A stretch of 64,000 bases of DNA, from assembly GCF_964204865.1 (NCBI RefSeq), contig NC_135259.1, positions 15,872,001 to 15,936,000 on the forward strand. Direction: 5' to 3'. Positions 40,001-55,000 of this stretch are shown piece by piece. Under the pieces are notes generated by a model. It saw only the letters and a program-made list of their open reading frames with translations, ran no database searches and was not told where the DNA came from. Position 1 is the stretch's first letter. Each line of letters starts with the position of its first letter. A program made the position numbers and the translations under genes. This stretch comes from Styela clava. Its lineage: Eukaryota.

Positions 40001-43000
40001 ATACCTCACGAGCAGCAGATAATAATTCTTGAAGAAGTCTAGAACAGAGAAAAAGAAAATTAATATTAAAAATGCATACAATGTAATATGGTGTGATCCA
40101 AAAGTGCGTGGATAATACAAATATTCAATATTCCAAAATAGAAGAGGAAATACAAAAAAACAGCCCAAATTTATACATATTAGCAATACTAAATTTCATT
40201 GTTTCTTTCCTCATAAGTCTGAAACATTTTCTGCACACTTTCATTCTGTCCTACATTTGCACCGGCAGGTGGTAGGTAGATAACTTGAATTCGCTAAATA
40301 TTGGCATCATTTTGGTGCATATATAAATATTATCTGTTTATGTGTGGAAGCGATGACCTGGGAGTTTATTCGAGGATTCAACAACACTGGTAGCTCAGAG
40401 TAAATATCTCAGTTTCAATCCCTATGGTTGGCTTCATCAAGTGTGTAGTAAATTGGGTAGCCAGCGCTGAATCAAAAAATTCAGCTTCTCCAGAGCCTTC
40501 ACATCGTCGTACAAGAAATCCAAAACACAAGCATCTTACCTTGACCCTACAATTCCAAATACTCCATGTTTGATTGGTTCGGGGAGAGAAATTCGTTGAA
40601 TGACTTGTATTGTTTGTGGCTTGAAGTTTGAAAGCTCAGGCTTTGCTTTAACTGCAAAGAAAATACAATCATACAAATAATATTAATCAGAACTACCACC
40701 CAGTTGGGGTTTTTGAATAGTTATGGTATTTTCCCGGATCTCTGGAAGTCACAGCTGACCAGTGGTAACATGCCTCAACCCGTACAATGACGAGAGGTTA
40801 AGAAAACCTTTCACACATAATTAACCCCGAACACATTAACTCCTGGAAACACACGCAGGATAGTCAGTGTTGCAATAGCAAGCGCATTTCTAATGATGGT
40901 GCAAATGAAACTATTCTGTCTTTTGCAGGATTTGAGAAAAATTTGGACAAAAACAAAAAATTAGACGAGTGAATTGATGCATGAAATTGCTCAGTACTAT
41001 GGACTTAGAATAACACATGAAAACAAAATTCCAATCGCACTTTATCGTTTCATGTTCTTTCTTGTATATTCAATTATTGATCATGAAAAATATATATTTA
41101 ACATAATCAGTCATTGTCACCTTTAACGCTAATAAGGCTCAAACAACACTCCATATTCTTTCTCTATCTCAGTATGACTATGATCAAATATAAAACTGCT
41201 TTGATAGCCGCATAACATGCGGGTTAAAAAACAACAATTTAGGCTAACAGAGAAACAAAAAATAGTGTAAAACATCTATAAATTTGAATGTCATACCTGT
41301 CCACATTGCTGACATATCGCTGTGTAAAACCAAATTAGTAAGAGCTGAATGTAGCGAACCAAATTCCCGAGATTGCATGGAACTCCATCTACGACTCGCT
41401 GTCGTCGTATCTTGATTATCTTGTGTTGTTGTTGCATCAGACTGAAAACTGGTGACAGGTGCATCTCCACTACCCTGACCTTCAGAATAATGAATTTTTT
41501 TTAATTTTTTGTGCTCGGTGTCTTCAAACAAGGTTTTGGACAAGTATTGATGTAAAAATGGATAGCTACGAAGAGTAAAACAACAAGATCCTCATGCAAG
41601 CTCTCGATTAAATGGCCTGCGGCACTAACATTGTCATGGTAACCACTCGCTACTGCCATCTTAAACTATATCTGAGAAATAGATCCTACTTGATAAAAGG
41701 TAAGTAGTGAAATGGATTAATGTTGCGAATGTGGTCAAAGTAGCATGATAGAGTCAGGCCAAACAAATTATAAAACTTATCTGAATTTACTAAATTTCTG
41801 ACTTTTGGAAATTCAAAAGTTTGACCTTAGCTCTGATAATTTGAGAAAAAGGGCTAGATACAATTACTGTGAAATAATGTACGATTGATAATGTTTGATA
41901 TAAAAGTAAAATTCGTACCATTGATAGGTGCAAACTGATCTCTATTCATGAGAGGTTTTGTTGCTGTTTCACCGAGTAAAAATCGAAGTAGTTTGATAAA
42001 AACATTGTGACGTAACATTGCTTCACACGCTCTTGCACTCTGGAATAATGTATGCATATTGTTATTACAACACAAACAAAAATCATACTGAAAAGTTTCC
42101 AAGTTTTATCAATTTAGAACATAGTTTAATAAAAAAGCTATTTAAAAAGGTTGAATGATATTTAGCTAAACGAGACGTCAAGCAAATATATGAATAGTGA
42201 AACTTGGATAGGATTTTCAATTTTTCATATTTATTCTGAGAAAAATAATAAGTAATAAAAAATGTCTTATTCATTTTGGAAGCCCAAGCCTCTCGTCCGG
42301 TTACCAACAATGTCAGGCCTGTTTCAGATGTTTGAAAAACCTTACATAGCTATATGCTATCCCAAACATAAATTTAAATTGTAACTCAAAAATTTGTACT
42401 TACTAAAGCACTAAAATTGGAGATGAGAGAGAAGAACTGTTGACTTTGTTTTACGTGTTCTGCTACTTCACGATCAAGTAACGCAATTAAACGAGATAAA
42501 AGAAGATCAAATCCAACTGGTTCCTGGAAAAGTAAATTAAAAGTAAATGTTAGCACTTCTAGAGTAGCAGAAATTAAAAACCTTTTCTGAGACCTAACAG
42601 GATCAAATTTCAACTTGTTTCTTCAAATTCAATAAATTTCCAGCAGAAACCCAAATCAAAAAGATCTAAAAATTGTGCTTTAAAAGTGCACCCTTATCAA
42701 AGAAAGCTTTTTTTTTTTAAATGAAAACTGACACTTATACTAATCACACACAAAAAAAATCTCCGACAGTGTAACAAACATATTTCCAAAAACTTGAAAC
42801 AAGCTATAATAAAATAAAATTCACCTTCCCAATTTTCCTTGTAACGCATCCTTCCATAGATTTGACAAGGATTGAGCAAAACGTTTGTCTTATGTCTTCA
42901 TTCGGGCATTCAAGTAAAAAAGCTTGAACATTCGGAAATCCGACGGCAGTGTGAAGTTGAGATACAAACCATATGCAACTAAATATAATATCATTGCTCA

Positions 43001-46000
43001 AGGTGTTGTTACCAGTTGTGGTATAGAGATAATGTGTATAACATTGGATAACTTTTCAAAAATGTGTTTTTAATCTTCCACTTCTAACAAGATTCTGAAT
43101 AAGCGGTCACTGATATATAACAGGCCCGTGTGGCAGTGTTGCCACATATTTTTCAATTTATTTATATTTTTTATTAGCCTGGCGGTTTGGCGCATTGTCC
43201 TAAGCTGTGGAAATATACTCCCCACCATTCCTTTGATTACCCTACATGGGTTTGCATGTTCGAACCCTGTGGGAGATAATTATGTGCGAGAGGATCGCTG
43301 GACTCCTCCTCGCTGTAGGTTGGTTTACGTAACTACTCGTCGATAATGGTCACTGATATGTAACAGGCTCGGCGATGTGGCGCATCGTGCTAAGCGTTAA
43401 AAATACGCTTGCAACCGTACCTCTGATTAACTTACACGAGTTCTTAGATTTGAATCTTGTGGAGGATAATTATGTGCAAGAGAATCGCTGGACTCCTCAC
43501 CGTCATGAGATGGTTCACATAACTGTGGTTGGTTAAGGCTTTTTTCACCATCAAGTCCATGCATCTGAAACAAATAACTGGCTAACTAATCCGATACTCA
43601 ATATGGACTGGTAACCAGACGAGAGATCGTGGTTCGCCATATGATTAAGCTGTCTTTCCTCTCACCCAAGATGAATATGTAAATCCTATCCTAACAAGCT
43701 ACTGTGATTTTTGCAGGACCTGGCATACTCACTACAAACATTTTTTTTATATAAATATAGCAACTTTACCAAATGGTAATCTCATGAGGGGTTTATTTAA
43801 TTTATCTAGACAATAGACAATACTTGATAAAATAATTTTTGCTAGGATGCGTTTTCTCTGAATAAGGCTCTGTACATGCAACTACTGACACATAGCTACT
43901 ATTTTTAGGAGGATCTTAATTTTTCCGGTTCACATTGCCTACCCAATTTATTACAACAACAAAGTTGGTTTTAATACTCGAACCGCACCCAATCCAGACG
44001 CTTACTATAAACAATGGAAAAGAGGAATGAGTCAAAATCAAAAGCATTTGGGAATCAATTTATTATGGTTTTCAACATGTTGAGCATCCACACTACAATG
44101 GCTGAAAGTTTGCCTCTGAGACTGTCGCAGAATTTTTTTTAAATGATTTGTATATACTATATATGTGGGAGTGCATATAGAACTGTCAATAAAACATGCA
44201 GGACAATACAAAATCATTTCTTGTCCGCATAATGCTTTTTTTTTATAATGATAGACGATAATAAGGTAAACTTACGCAGGATGGCTCTTTGTTAAAATAT
44301 CTTGTATAATATTACACCATTCATCAACATTAGTTGTCAGTGATCTTCGAGTCCGGAAATATGTGTTGAATAAAAACTGAGTTGATAGCTGAAGTGAAGT
44401 TACAGCTATTGCAGGAAGACCTTCAATGCAATTCTGAAACACATTGTTGAAATGAAGTTTTTATAAGTGATTTGGTAATATAAAATGATTGAAAGTTCTA
44501 TATTTGGTGAAGTAAAAATATGAGCTTGTTAACGTTGCATGAAACTTAATTTATTAGTCCATTATTGGAATAGGAAGTTTAATAACTGCATTAAACACAA
44601 CCTTCTAACTTTATGTTAAAACGAAGCTGTCTATAACATTGCTCCTAGTGTTCCAGTGTTTTATTTGCGACCCACCCTTCTACCAGTACTATTTTTCATT
44701 ACAGTTGAGCGCTGTGTATTTTGCTTCGAGCAAACTTTATTAAAAACAGATTATTATGGACAAAGTGAATACTGGTTTCTCTTCTGCCTAGATCTCTATA
44801 TAAATTTTTTGTTGGAAAACAAGGATCTGGCTAGAATTGGTTTGATATGTTGAAACCTAGCGAGTTGAGAACCAACTAATCGCAAGTTATAGGGTGACAA
44901 TAAAGGAAAAAGAAGTTTATTGAAATATCAATGATAATCCAAAAGATCCGAAATGTGGTAGAGCAAAATTGGAGCATAAAAAATGACCTAACAAGCCCAC
45001 AGAAAATGCTACAAAATACAAAAGTAATATCCTCCCTCCATTTCAGCTACTGATCATGTGGAAGCAATTGGTTCACAGATTTAGTAACATATACATTCAA
45101 CAATAATGGAAAAATTCTCACCATATTTACAGAAACAATCTCTTTTATAAAATCAAAATATTGCGTGCAGTAAACATCACGATTCCTCATGAATTGTAAA
45201 TTTTCTTCACGAACAAGATGACTGATAGAAGCTGGCATTCGAGAAGTAAACATTCTTCGTTGATCTCCCTTCCTAAATATTGTTAAAAAATGACGAATAT
45301 TTCATTGTTTGTTTGTGTCCAATTTTGGTCTTAAATGCTTTCGAATATTCCCTCAGATTAGTCATGATATAAAACATCATAGATAACTATATTCGAATAC
45401 CAAATAAAAACAGTGTATAATGTGCCAAAAGACTATGACTCATTTAAAATTGAACACCCCATTATAAAAATCAACAAAAACAGGTATAGTTTGAGCTAGT
45501 GAGTCTGAAAAAATAGAATCCAGATTTCTAAGCATTTCAAAAACTACTCTAGCTCACACACCCGACTCTAAATGTTTGTTTAGAATGTTTGTTTAGAATA
45601 TTCGTCAATCAAATATTTTTTGAGTTTGACTCCGATTATCACCATCAAAGTATGAAACTCCAACTTCAGAATCGAGAAAAAGTAAAAACTTGACTCAATA
45701 GAAATATGACAAATTTAAAACTCCAGAGCCCTGGTTTGAGATAGCAGGGAGTAATTGTCTTTGATTGACAAAGTAATAAGCAAATATGAAACTAAAGAGC
45801 TGAAATTACCATATAAATCCTCGAATAAAAGACGACTACCTAAAAATGACCCTAAAACAGTGAATTTATAAAAATTTGTATATAAGCTGACCCTAAAAAA
45901 ACGCGGGAGAGATCATGTGTATGACAACCAATGTGTATGACAATCACACACAGACTGGTATCGCTGTTATAGCAAACCAAGTGCTGCTCCACGTGTGTGT

Positions 46001-49000
46001 GTGTGTGCTCTTAACGTGAGAACTCGAGTTGTAGCTTTTTAGAATTAAGTTAGCATAATGTCATTTTGTTTGAGAGCGATCAGAGTTATGCGCATATAAG
46101 CCATATTAGCCCTTTTGAGTTCTAAACTCGCGTTATATGCGAGGATATGCATATATCGAGTTAAAAGAAGTGAACTAATTATCTACTAAATATCTAAAAT
46201 CTAAATCTAATCTAAAAAAAAAAAAACTAAATAATCAACATTATGAACTACCTGATTAAATTCGAAAGTTGTGACAACTTCCTATCGACTACTTGTTTCG
46301 GGCTGTTAGGTGGACTTATATCTGGTGACGAGACCAACGGTGAAACAGTTCGATGATCTTCGTGTCTGTTCAGGAAAGTGACTCTCGACCTTCCGTTGGT
46401 GATTCGAGAATGTCGAGTGTCTGTTTCAGTCATTCTTTCATAAAATAAAAGATAAGCGTTCCAGTATCGTTGGCGATTTTCGTGATATGTAGTACCTGGA
46501 TTGAAAAAAAGTAATTGCACAACGATAAGTATATATGAAGGAGTTATTTGATGTTGATGAAATTGATTAGGCAGAAATGACTAAGAACTAAAGAGCAATG
46601 CGCAGATATAGGCGCTCCAGACGTGTATGTATCGATATGTAGGTAACTAATTTTGTCCGCCTACTTTACATCAAGTTGTGTAAAGAGACTGAAACCTATG
46701 GGCAGAGGGTATATTCACTTGGCTAACACAAACAGTCTCCGAACTCGTTATAAAACTAAAATAAGGAAAATCAAATAAAATTAGGGCCCAACCTGACACA
46801 CATACTACAAGGGTACTCAAGATATACTATACATATACATGGGTCATTGTGCATAAGCATATTGCCGAAAATCAATATATTGCTTGTTCCTAAAACCATC
46901 CCAATTTAGGGTAACGAAAGCAAAATTTCATCAAAATTTCACCCTCACTATTGGGATATCAACATCTGAAAATAGGCATCGGCAATCTTTTAAAAGCGAT
47001 AAAAAACTAAATGTTTATAACACTAGTTCGTACCTTTATCATAGACTTTACTTTCGTAGGTTCCACCAAAACATTCTTCTGCCAGGCTTTGTTCATTCAT
47101 ATTAAATTCTTCCACTGTTATATCATTGAATTTAAACCATTTTCCTCGCCACGGATTACTCATTTGTGTTCCCCTGATAAAAAAGATTATCAAGTGGAAC
47201 GCTATTTCAAATAGTATTAAATTTAAAAACAAATTGGCAACGAAGGCTCATGATTTTAAGTTCATTCTCAATGTCAAATAGCTTGCCGAGCTTGCATTAA
47301 ATCAGGTAGTGTCAAACTGTCGAATATACATGAATAATTGTTCCATAGCAGTTGTTTCCAAACTGAGGCCAGATTACAGCCCACGTAACGATTTGATATG
47401 ACCCGCCGAACTTGAGACAAATATTAGTTTAACAATTTTTGTTTTCATTTTCGTTCCAGATACCACCCACTGTTATGTTATTATCACAGTTTAAATCCAA
47501 GTATATTCGTAACCAGTGTTCCCTCTAAAGTGTGCGCGTGTGCGCGCGTACACAGCTCTCAGAGGCTGCGCACACGCATAAATTTACTGCGCACAGACGT
47601 ATTTCGATGTAATGTAACAATGTTCTCGGTTGGCAGGTTGAGAAAGTTTGTTGTTGGCCCACTTATTACCAAAATTTCTTCATTGGTTTTTGCACAAATA
47701 TTAGTCATTTCCAAAAAGTGCGCACACACCAAAATTTCTGCGCACACATTCTACAAAAAATTAGAGGGAACATTGTTCGTAACACTTCTCCACGATCACT
47801 TCTAATTTTGGCCCTCGTTCAATCAACTTTGGGAACCACTGCTCTAAAGGTATGATACATGTAATACTGGGGAGGTGTCCGGGCACTTGGATCATTGACT
47901 CTGAACACCATTTATCAAAACCTTGATGAATTTCATTCAAACTAAATGAACATTCAAAAAAATCAGCACATCCAATACCTTCTATCTTTGATGAATGAAT
48001 AGTAATGACCAGCACTTGCTTGACCGCTGTGAACAACGATCCCAACTAACTCGTACATGTTACAGTCAGATGTGTGGCGTGACCGACCTTAAAAGTAATA
48101 TGCGAAGTTTAAAAATTTCAATAAAAAAATGATTTTTGTACCCAAATGAAGAAAACATACGGATAAAAAAGATCTTTTTACACATGCAACAAACTAATAT
48201 TTCTAAGCAATTCATAAACCGAAATGTATCAACCCACTGAAGTTATTGTACACTGGACATGCAAGACTAAGTAAAAATCTTTCTGTCACCTCATATAACT
48301 ATGTCCTAGTTATTTAAATGTATTTACAGGAGAACAATCGTGAGAAACTTTATTTAATTTAAAATTAAATACTGGAAGGCAGTAGTTCTATTGGACTGGT
48401 AATCGAAAGTACTACTTCCTTATCACCAAGCAAAAATTTGCATCCATTTTTATTTTGAAACGCAAAGTAAATTATCTTGAAATTTAAAAAAACATGATAA
48501 TTTGACGACATAGATATCAAAGTTTAATAAAGTCATTCATTCGTCTTACCAGATTCTTTTTGAGAAATTCCCTCCTCAGTGTACGGTGACATATCGAGAG
48601 TGAGAGGAAATTTGAAATCGTGGTCAAACTTGAGTGACCTGCTACTTTCCCAATCGTAAACAAATCTCTTCAATTGCATGATTAGTATAGGAGGAAGAGT
48701 TTTAATGCAGGTACGCTTCAGTGCAGTTCTCTGGTGAACAAAAATTATAAAAAAAAATATAAGAAATTATATTTTTTTAATAAAGAACAAGAAAGCAATG
48801 CTTGAATATGTAAACAAGTCTAATTTCAAAAACCTATTCCAACCAATTAAATTAGATAGCAAAGTTTTTCAGAATTTTTTTTAAATACCTAAGTACTTTA
48901 TTATTTCCTAAATTAATAAACATGAAATTAAAATTCTATCTTAGCGTAATCTGTTAAGTTTCGTGAAATGATTGATTTTGCAAAATTCCCCTTATTGTAA

Positions 49001-52000
49001 CAAATTTATTTGGTAGTATTACCAATACAACATTTTTTTTTAAATTTTAATTATACATTTTTAAATGCTTATCCTAGTTTTAAAATTTCCAAAAAAAAAA
49101 AAATTTATTTCCCTAATAACTTTTCAGAAACATATTACTCGACGAATATTCACAAAAGTTAAAAATTTTGTTTGCGAAACTTTTAATTCCGTTTACTTAC
49201 ATTCTAATGTAGGATGTGTTAATGTTCAACATTTTAAATAGGCCAAATTGTTATAGATGCAAATAAAAAAATTATGTTACAATTCAACATATTATTCAAA
49301 TTTTTCAATTTCGCTTGTTTTCAGGTATTTCAGTGGTCCGAAATATAAAGAGGCGTTGAAGGCACTCGACGTCACCCCGTCTCTGAAAAAACACACAAAA
49401 TGTGCCTTGGCCTGTTTGTAGCTTGCCATATCCTAATACGCAGCGGGAGAGTTGGCTACTTTTCTTGTATGAAGGTAGGCGAGCTCAAACAGGCCAGGGA
49501 ATATGAAGACGAAGGGTTGATCCAAATCGTAGTGAAGGAGCAAAAAATTAAGGACGAGATAGGTTTTCTCACAATGTCACGAGAAGACTACCAAATGTTT
49601 TTAAAGGTAAGAAAACTTCATAAATGCATTCGCTTCCATTGGACTATAATTTTATATGTACATACAACGTAAAATGACAGGATATATTCAATCATGGAAC
49701 TCTACAAAGTATACCCTAATATTCAAATATATGTAAAATACTGTCGATACTACAAAATATATTTAACTATCGATAATCATTGCTATTTTTAGCTGGTCAA
49801 CACGTTTAAAAATGTAAACGAAAGAGACGACACGGAATACGCATTATCAACCCCTTCCAAGGAAAAAATGCGTGTGGACAAATGCGTAAGATCCTCACTG
49901 GCGAAAGTATTTGGTGAAAATATTAGCATTACTTTGATGAGGAAGATGACGGAAACCCTGGCCTCAAGTATGCCAGAACACCAGCAGAGGGATGTGGCCA
50001 GGGCTACGGGCCACTCATTAGAAGTAGCCCGTAAAAATTATAATTTACTGCACAAAGGGCAAACAGATCCGGTATTTCCCGCCCGTCTGATAAACTCTCG
50101 ACCTCCGGAATTTCCGAAACACACCTACCATCACCCTCAAAATACCAAACGCCCAAAAAAAGAAAAGCTCGTCCAGATTTTGTATCTCCGAGGACAAAAG
50201 CAATTAGAGTTACAGTTCCTCGCAAGACCTTAATATCCTCAAGTGATAGGATGTGGTTGTATTTCCACGAAGGAGTAAAAGGATTTCTTAAAGGTGAAGA
50301 ATCTCTTTCTAGATCGCAATTACAAGAGATTGTTAAAGAGAGACCAAATTTGGCCACATTTAATATAGATAAACTGATGGAAATGCTAAAAACCTTAAAA
50401 AGAAAAATGAAACATTTTTAACAATCTCTCGTAATTTGCAAAAAATCTAGAAAGAGGTTTTTTTGCCATTTTTAAAAGTTTTAGCTTTTTTAAGACAGAG
50501 TTTATTGCGATGTGGGCCAATAACGGGCTTTTTACTCCAATAACTTTTTTTCAGCACAAGCAAATACAGCATTATTTCAAACTTATATTAGCATTGAAAT
50601 TCTGCATTCATTCGCATATTACACATGTTGATATCTTAAGTTGTTTCAAAGTTATACGCAAAAAGGTCTCTTTTTCAAACCAAACTGGTAGGACCAGAAA
50701 TTTTGACAATTTGACATTTTCTGAACGGAAAATTCGACATACACCTATACACCAACACCACCACCTACAACTATACACCAGCTACTGGAGACGAACAGCG
50801 AAAAGTCTCCGGCCCTAAGATACCGCCATCTTATAGCCATTAAATACTTCTGTAAATGGACGGTGTTTAATGGCTATACAGTAGATTTTGAGAAGATCCG
50901 TGATGGGATAGATTTGGCCCAAGCGTCTGCTAGCAGACAGAAGAAACAGAAAACATCCCTAAAAAACGTTACGGACCAGGCACGGATGGAGAAGCTATTG
51001 GGACCCGTCATTGAGTAAGTACTTTATTATTTCCTAAATTAATAAACATGAAATTCAAATTCTATCTTAGCCTAATCTGTTAAGTTTCGTGAAATGATTG
51101 ATTTTGCAAAATTCCCCTTATTGTGACAAATTTATTTGGTAGTATTAACAATACAACATTTTTTTTAATTTTAATTATACATTTTTAAATGCTTAACCTA
51201 GTTTAACAATTTCCAAAAAAAAAATAATTTATTTCCCAAATAACTTTTCAGAAACATATTACTCGACGAATATTCACAAAAGTTAAAAATTTTGTTTGCG
51301 AAACTTTTAATTCCGTTTACTTACATTCTAATGTAGGATGTGTTAATGTTCAACATTTTAAATAGGCCAAATTGTTATAGATGCAAATAAAAAAATTATG
51401 TTACAATTCAACATATTATTCAAATTTTTCAATTTCGCTTGTTTTCAGGTATTTCAGTGGTCCGAAATATAAAGAGGCGTTGAAGGCACTCGACGTCACC
51501 CCGTCTCTGAAAAAACACACAAAACGTGCCTTGGCCTGTTTGTAGCTTGCCATATCCTAATACGCGGCGGGAGAGTTGGCTACTTTTCTTGTATGAAGGT
51601 AGGCGAGCTCAAACAGGCCAGGGAATATGAAGACGAAGGGTTAATCCAAATCGTAGTGGAGCAAAAAATTAAGGACGAGATAGGTTTTCTCACAATGTCA
51701 CGAGAAGACTACCAAATGTTTTTAAAGGGGAAGAAAACTTCATAAATGCATTCGCTTCCATTGGACTATAATTTTATATGTACATACAACGTAAAATAAC
51801 AGGATATATTCAATCATGGAACTCTACAAAGTATACCCTAATATTCAAATATATGTAAAATACTGTCGATACTACAAAATATATTTAACTATCGATAATC
51901 ATTTCTATTTTCATTTTTAGCTGGTCAACACGTTTAAAAATGTAAACGAAAGAGAAGACACAGAATACGCATTATCAACCCCTTCCAAGGAAAAAATGCG

Positions 52001-55000
52001 TGTGGACAAATGCGTAAGATCCTCACTGGCGAAAGTATTTGGTGAAAATATTAGCATTACTTTGATGAGGAAGATGACGGAAACCCTGGCCTCAAGTATG
52101 CCAGAACACCAGCAGAGGGATGTGGCCAGGGCTATGGGCCACTCATTTTAAGTAGCCCGTAAAAATCATAATTTACTGCACAAAGGGCAAACAGATCCGG
52201 TATTTCCCGCCCGTCTGATAAACCCTCGACCTCCGGAATTTCCGAAACACACCTACCATCACCCTCAAAATACCAAACGCCCAAAAAAAGAAAAGCTCGT
52301 CCAGATTTTGTATCTCCGAGGACAAAAGCAATTAGAGCTACAGTTCCTCGCAAGACCTTAATATCCTCAAGTGATAGGATGTGGTTGTATTTCCACGAAG
52401 GAGTAAAAGGATTTCTTAAAGGTGAAGAATCTCTTTCTAGATCGCAATTACAAGAGATTGTTAAAGAGAGACCAAATTTGGCCACATTTAATATAGATAT
52501 ACTGATGGAAATGCTAAAAACCTTAAAAAGAAAAATGAAACATTTTTAACAATCTCTTGTAACTTGCAAAAAATCTAGAAAGAGGTTTTTCGCCATTTTT
52601 AAAAGTTTTAGCTTTTTTAAGACAGAGTTTTTTGCGATGTGGGCCAATAACGGGCTTTTTCCTCCAATAACTTTTTTTCAGCACAAGCAAATACAGCATT
52701 ATTTCAAACTTATATTAGCATTGAAAATCTGCATTCATTGGCATATTACATATGTCGATATCTTAAGTTGTTTCAAAGTTATACGCAAAAAGGTCTCTTT
52801 TTCAAACCAAACTGGAAGGACCAGAAATTTTGACAATTTGACATTTTCTGAACGGAAAATTCGACATTTCGACATTATTTGGACATTATTACAAGTCTGT
52901 CGCAATGTCGATAATTCCGATGTCGCACTGTCAATATTTCAATCAGGAATTATCGAAAAATCGACAATGCGACCCCTTTTTGTCGCACTGTCGACAATTC
53001 AACAACTAAAAATCGACATTGCGACAAGCTATCTAAGCTAATCAACAGTGCGACATTCTTGGACAGAAATTTTGACAATTCGACATAATTAGACCAGAAA
53101 TTTCGACATTGTTACAAGTCTGTCGCAATGTCGAAAAATTCCGAAGTTACTTCGCATTTGGGAATATATTTAGTTTTAGAAGGTAAAGTATTTTTTTCCT
53201 CCACACGATAGTGAAAATTTTATTATTATTGAAAGAGAGGCTTCTTACGAACCCATAGACCCCAATTTGAACACTTATGAAGTCATTTTCAAAAAGTTAT
53301 GGCTTTTTTAAGACAGAATTTTTTTGCGAAAGCGCCAATAACGGGCTTAGGACCTGTTGATACCTCTTAATTCTACAGCGTTTGTGACACTATTTAATTT
53401 ATAAAACATGTTAATTCATTTCAGATATATTGTATCGTACGAAGTAAGTAATTCAAAACAATATTAAAAATGTCAAGACAATATCAAATGGATTCTGATG
53501 AAGAACCCCAAATTATTCATTCGGGGGAAGAGGAGCTGTCAACCTCTGAAAGCGAACTAGAAACAAGAAAGAGCCAGCAAAAGGAAACGGAAGCGGAAAC
53601 GGCACCTTTGGTGGTACGGGTAGAGGAAGGTGAAGAAGAAACCGAAGAAGGAGAAGGAGAAAGAAACTTGATATTTGTTTTTTTCCCGGCTGTGGCAAAA
53701 TACTTCGGCGGCAGAAACGAAGACATTTAATGCAAGCACACAATATCCCTGAGTCCGAAGTCGAAAGGTATATAATAATTTTATTTTATTTAATATTGCA
53801 GTAAGGATTCTTTGTCTTCGTTCTGGACGATTATTATTGCTGAAATCCTTTTTATTGCTTCTTGGCTATTCAAATTTCGTTTCCTGACTATTATTATTAT
53901 TGCTTCCTGTAATTCTGTTTCGTATGCAAATATTTACATCATATTTATTTTATTCAATTCTACAGATATCTTTACCGTCAAACCGGTAAAATAGATTATA
54001 AAAAATATACCAGATGCACCATCTGTCATAAAGTTAACTTGCGAGCAACTTTGAGACGACATCTGAAGACCGTCCATAAATTACGAGGAGAGGAGTTGGA
54101 CGGAACATTAAGAAATATGACGCGAGAGTCCATATACTATGATGTGAGTATACATTTTCATTATTTCATAAGCACATTCATACATACATACACACATCCC
54201 TATCGTACAAGAAACTAAATATTTTGATGTTACTTTCTTTTCAGGTACTTCAAAAGTATGAAGCGGCTCTTCAAAAAGGGGTTTTCAACCAAAAAGCAAA
54301 AGACGCAAAAACGGCAAAATACGCAGTGAACGAGCTTAAACTGTACAACTATACACCAGCTACTGGAGACGAACAGCGAAAAGTCTCCGGCCCTAAGATA
54401 CCGCCATTTTATAGCCATTAAACACTTCTGTAAATGGACGGTGTTTAATGGCTATACAGTAGCTGGTGTAGATTTTGAGAAGATCCGTGATGGGATAGAT
54501 TTGGCCCAAGCGTCTGCTAGCAGACAGAAGAAACAGAAAACATTCCTAAAAAACGTTACGGACCAGGCACGGATGGAGAAGCTATTGGGACCCGTCATTG
54601 AGTAAGTACTTTATTATTTCCTAAATTAATAAACATGAAATTCAAATTCTATCTTAGCCTAATCTGTTAAGTTTCGTGAAATGATTGATTTTGCAAAATT
54701 CCCCTTATCGTGACAAATTTATTTGGTAGTATTAACAATACAACATTTTTTTTTTAATTTTAATTATACATTTTTAAATGCTTAACCTAGTTTTACAATT
54801 TCCAAAAAAAAAATAATTTATTTCCCAAATAACTTTTCAGAAACATATTACTCGACGAATATTCACAAAAGTTAAAAATTTTGTTTGCGAAACTTTTAAT
54901 TCCGTTTACTTACATTCTAATGTAGGATGTGTTAATGTTCAACATTTTAAATAGGCCAAATTGTTATAGATGCAAATAAAGAAATTATGTTACAATTCAA

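Noticed and set aside
50004-52485. Duplicated 117-aa minus-strand ORFs (MAKFGLSL...)
   Set aside because: Antisense of the YR C-terminal frame; they have no motifs of their own.
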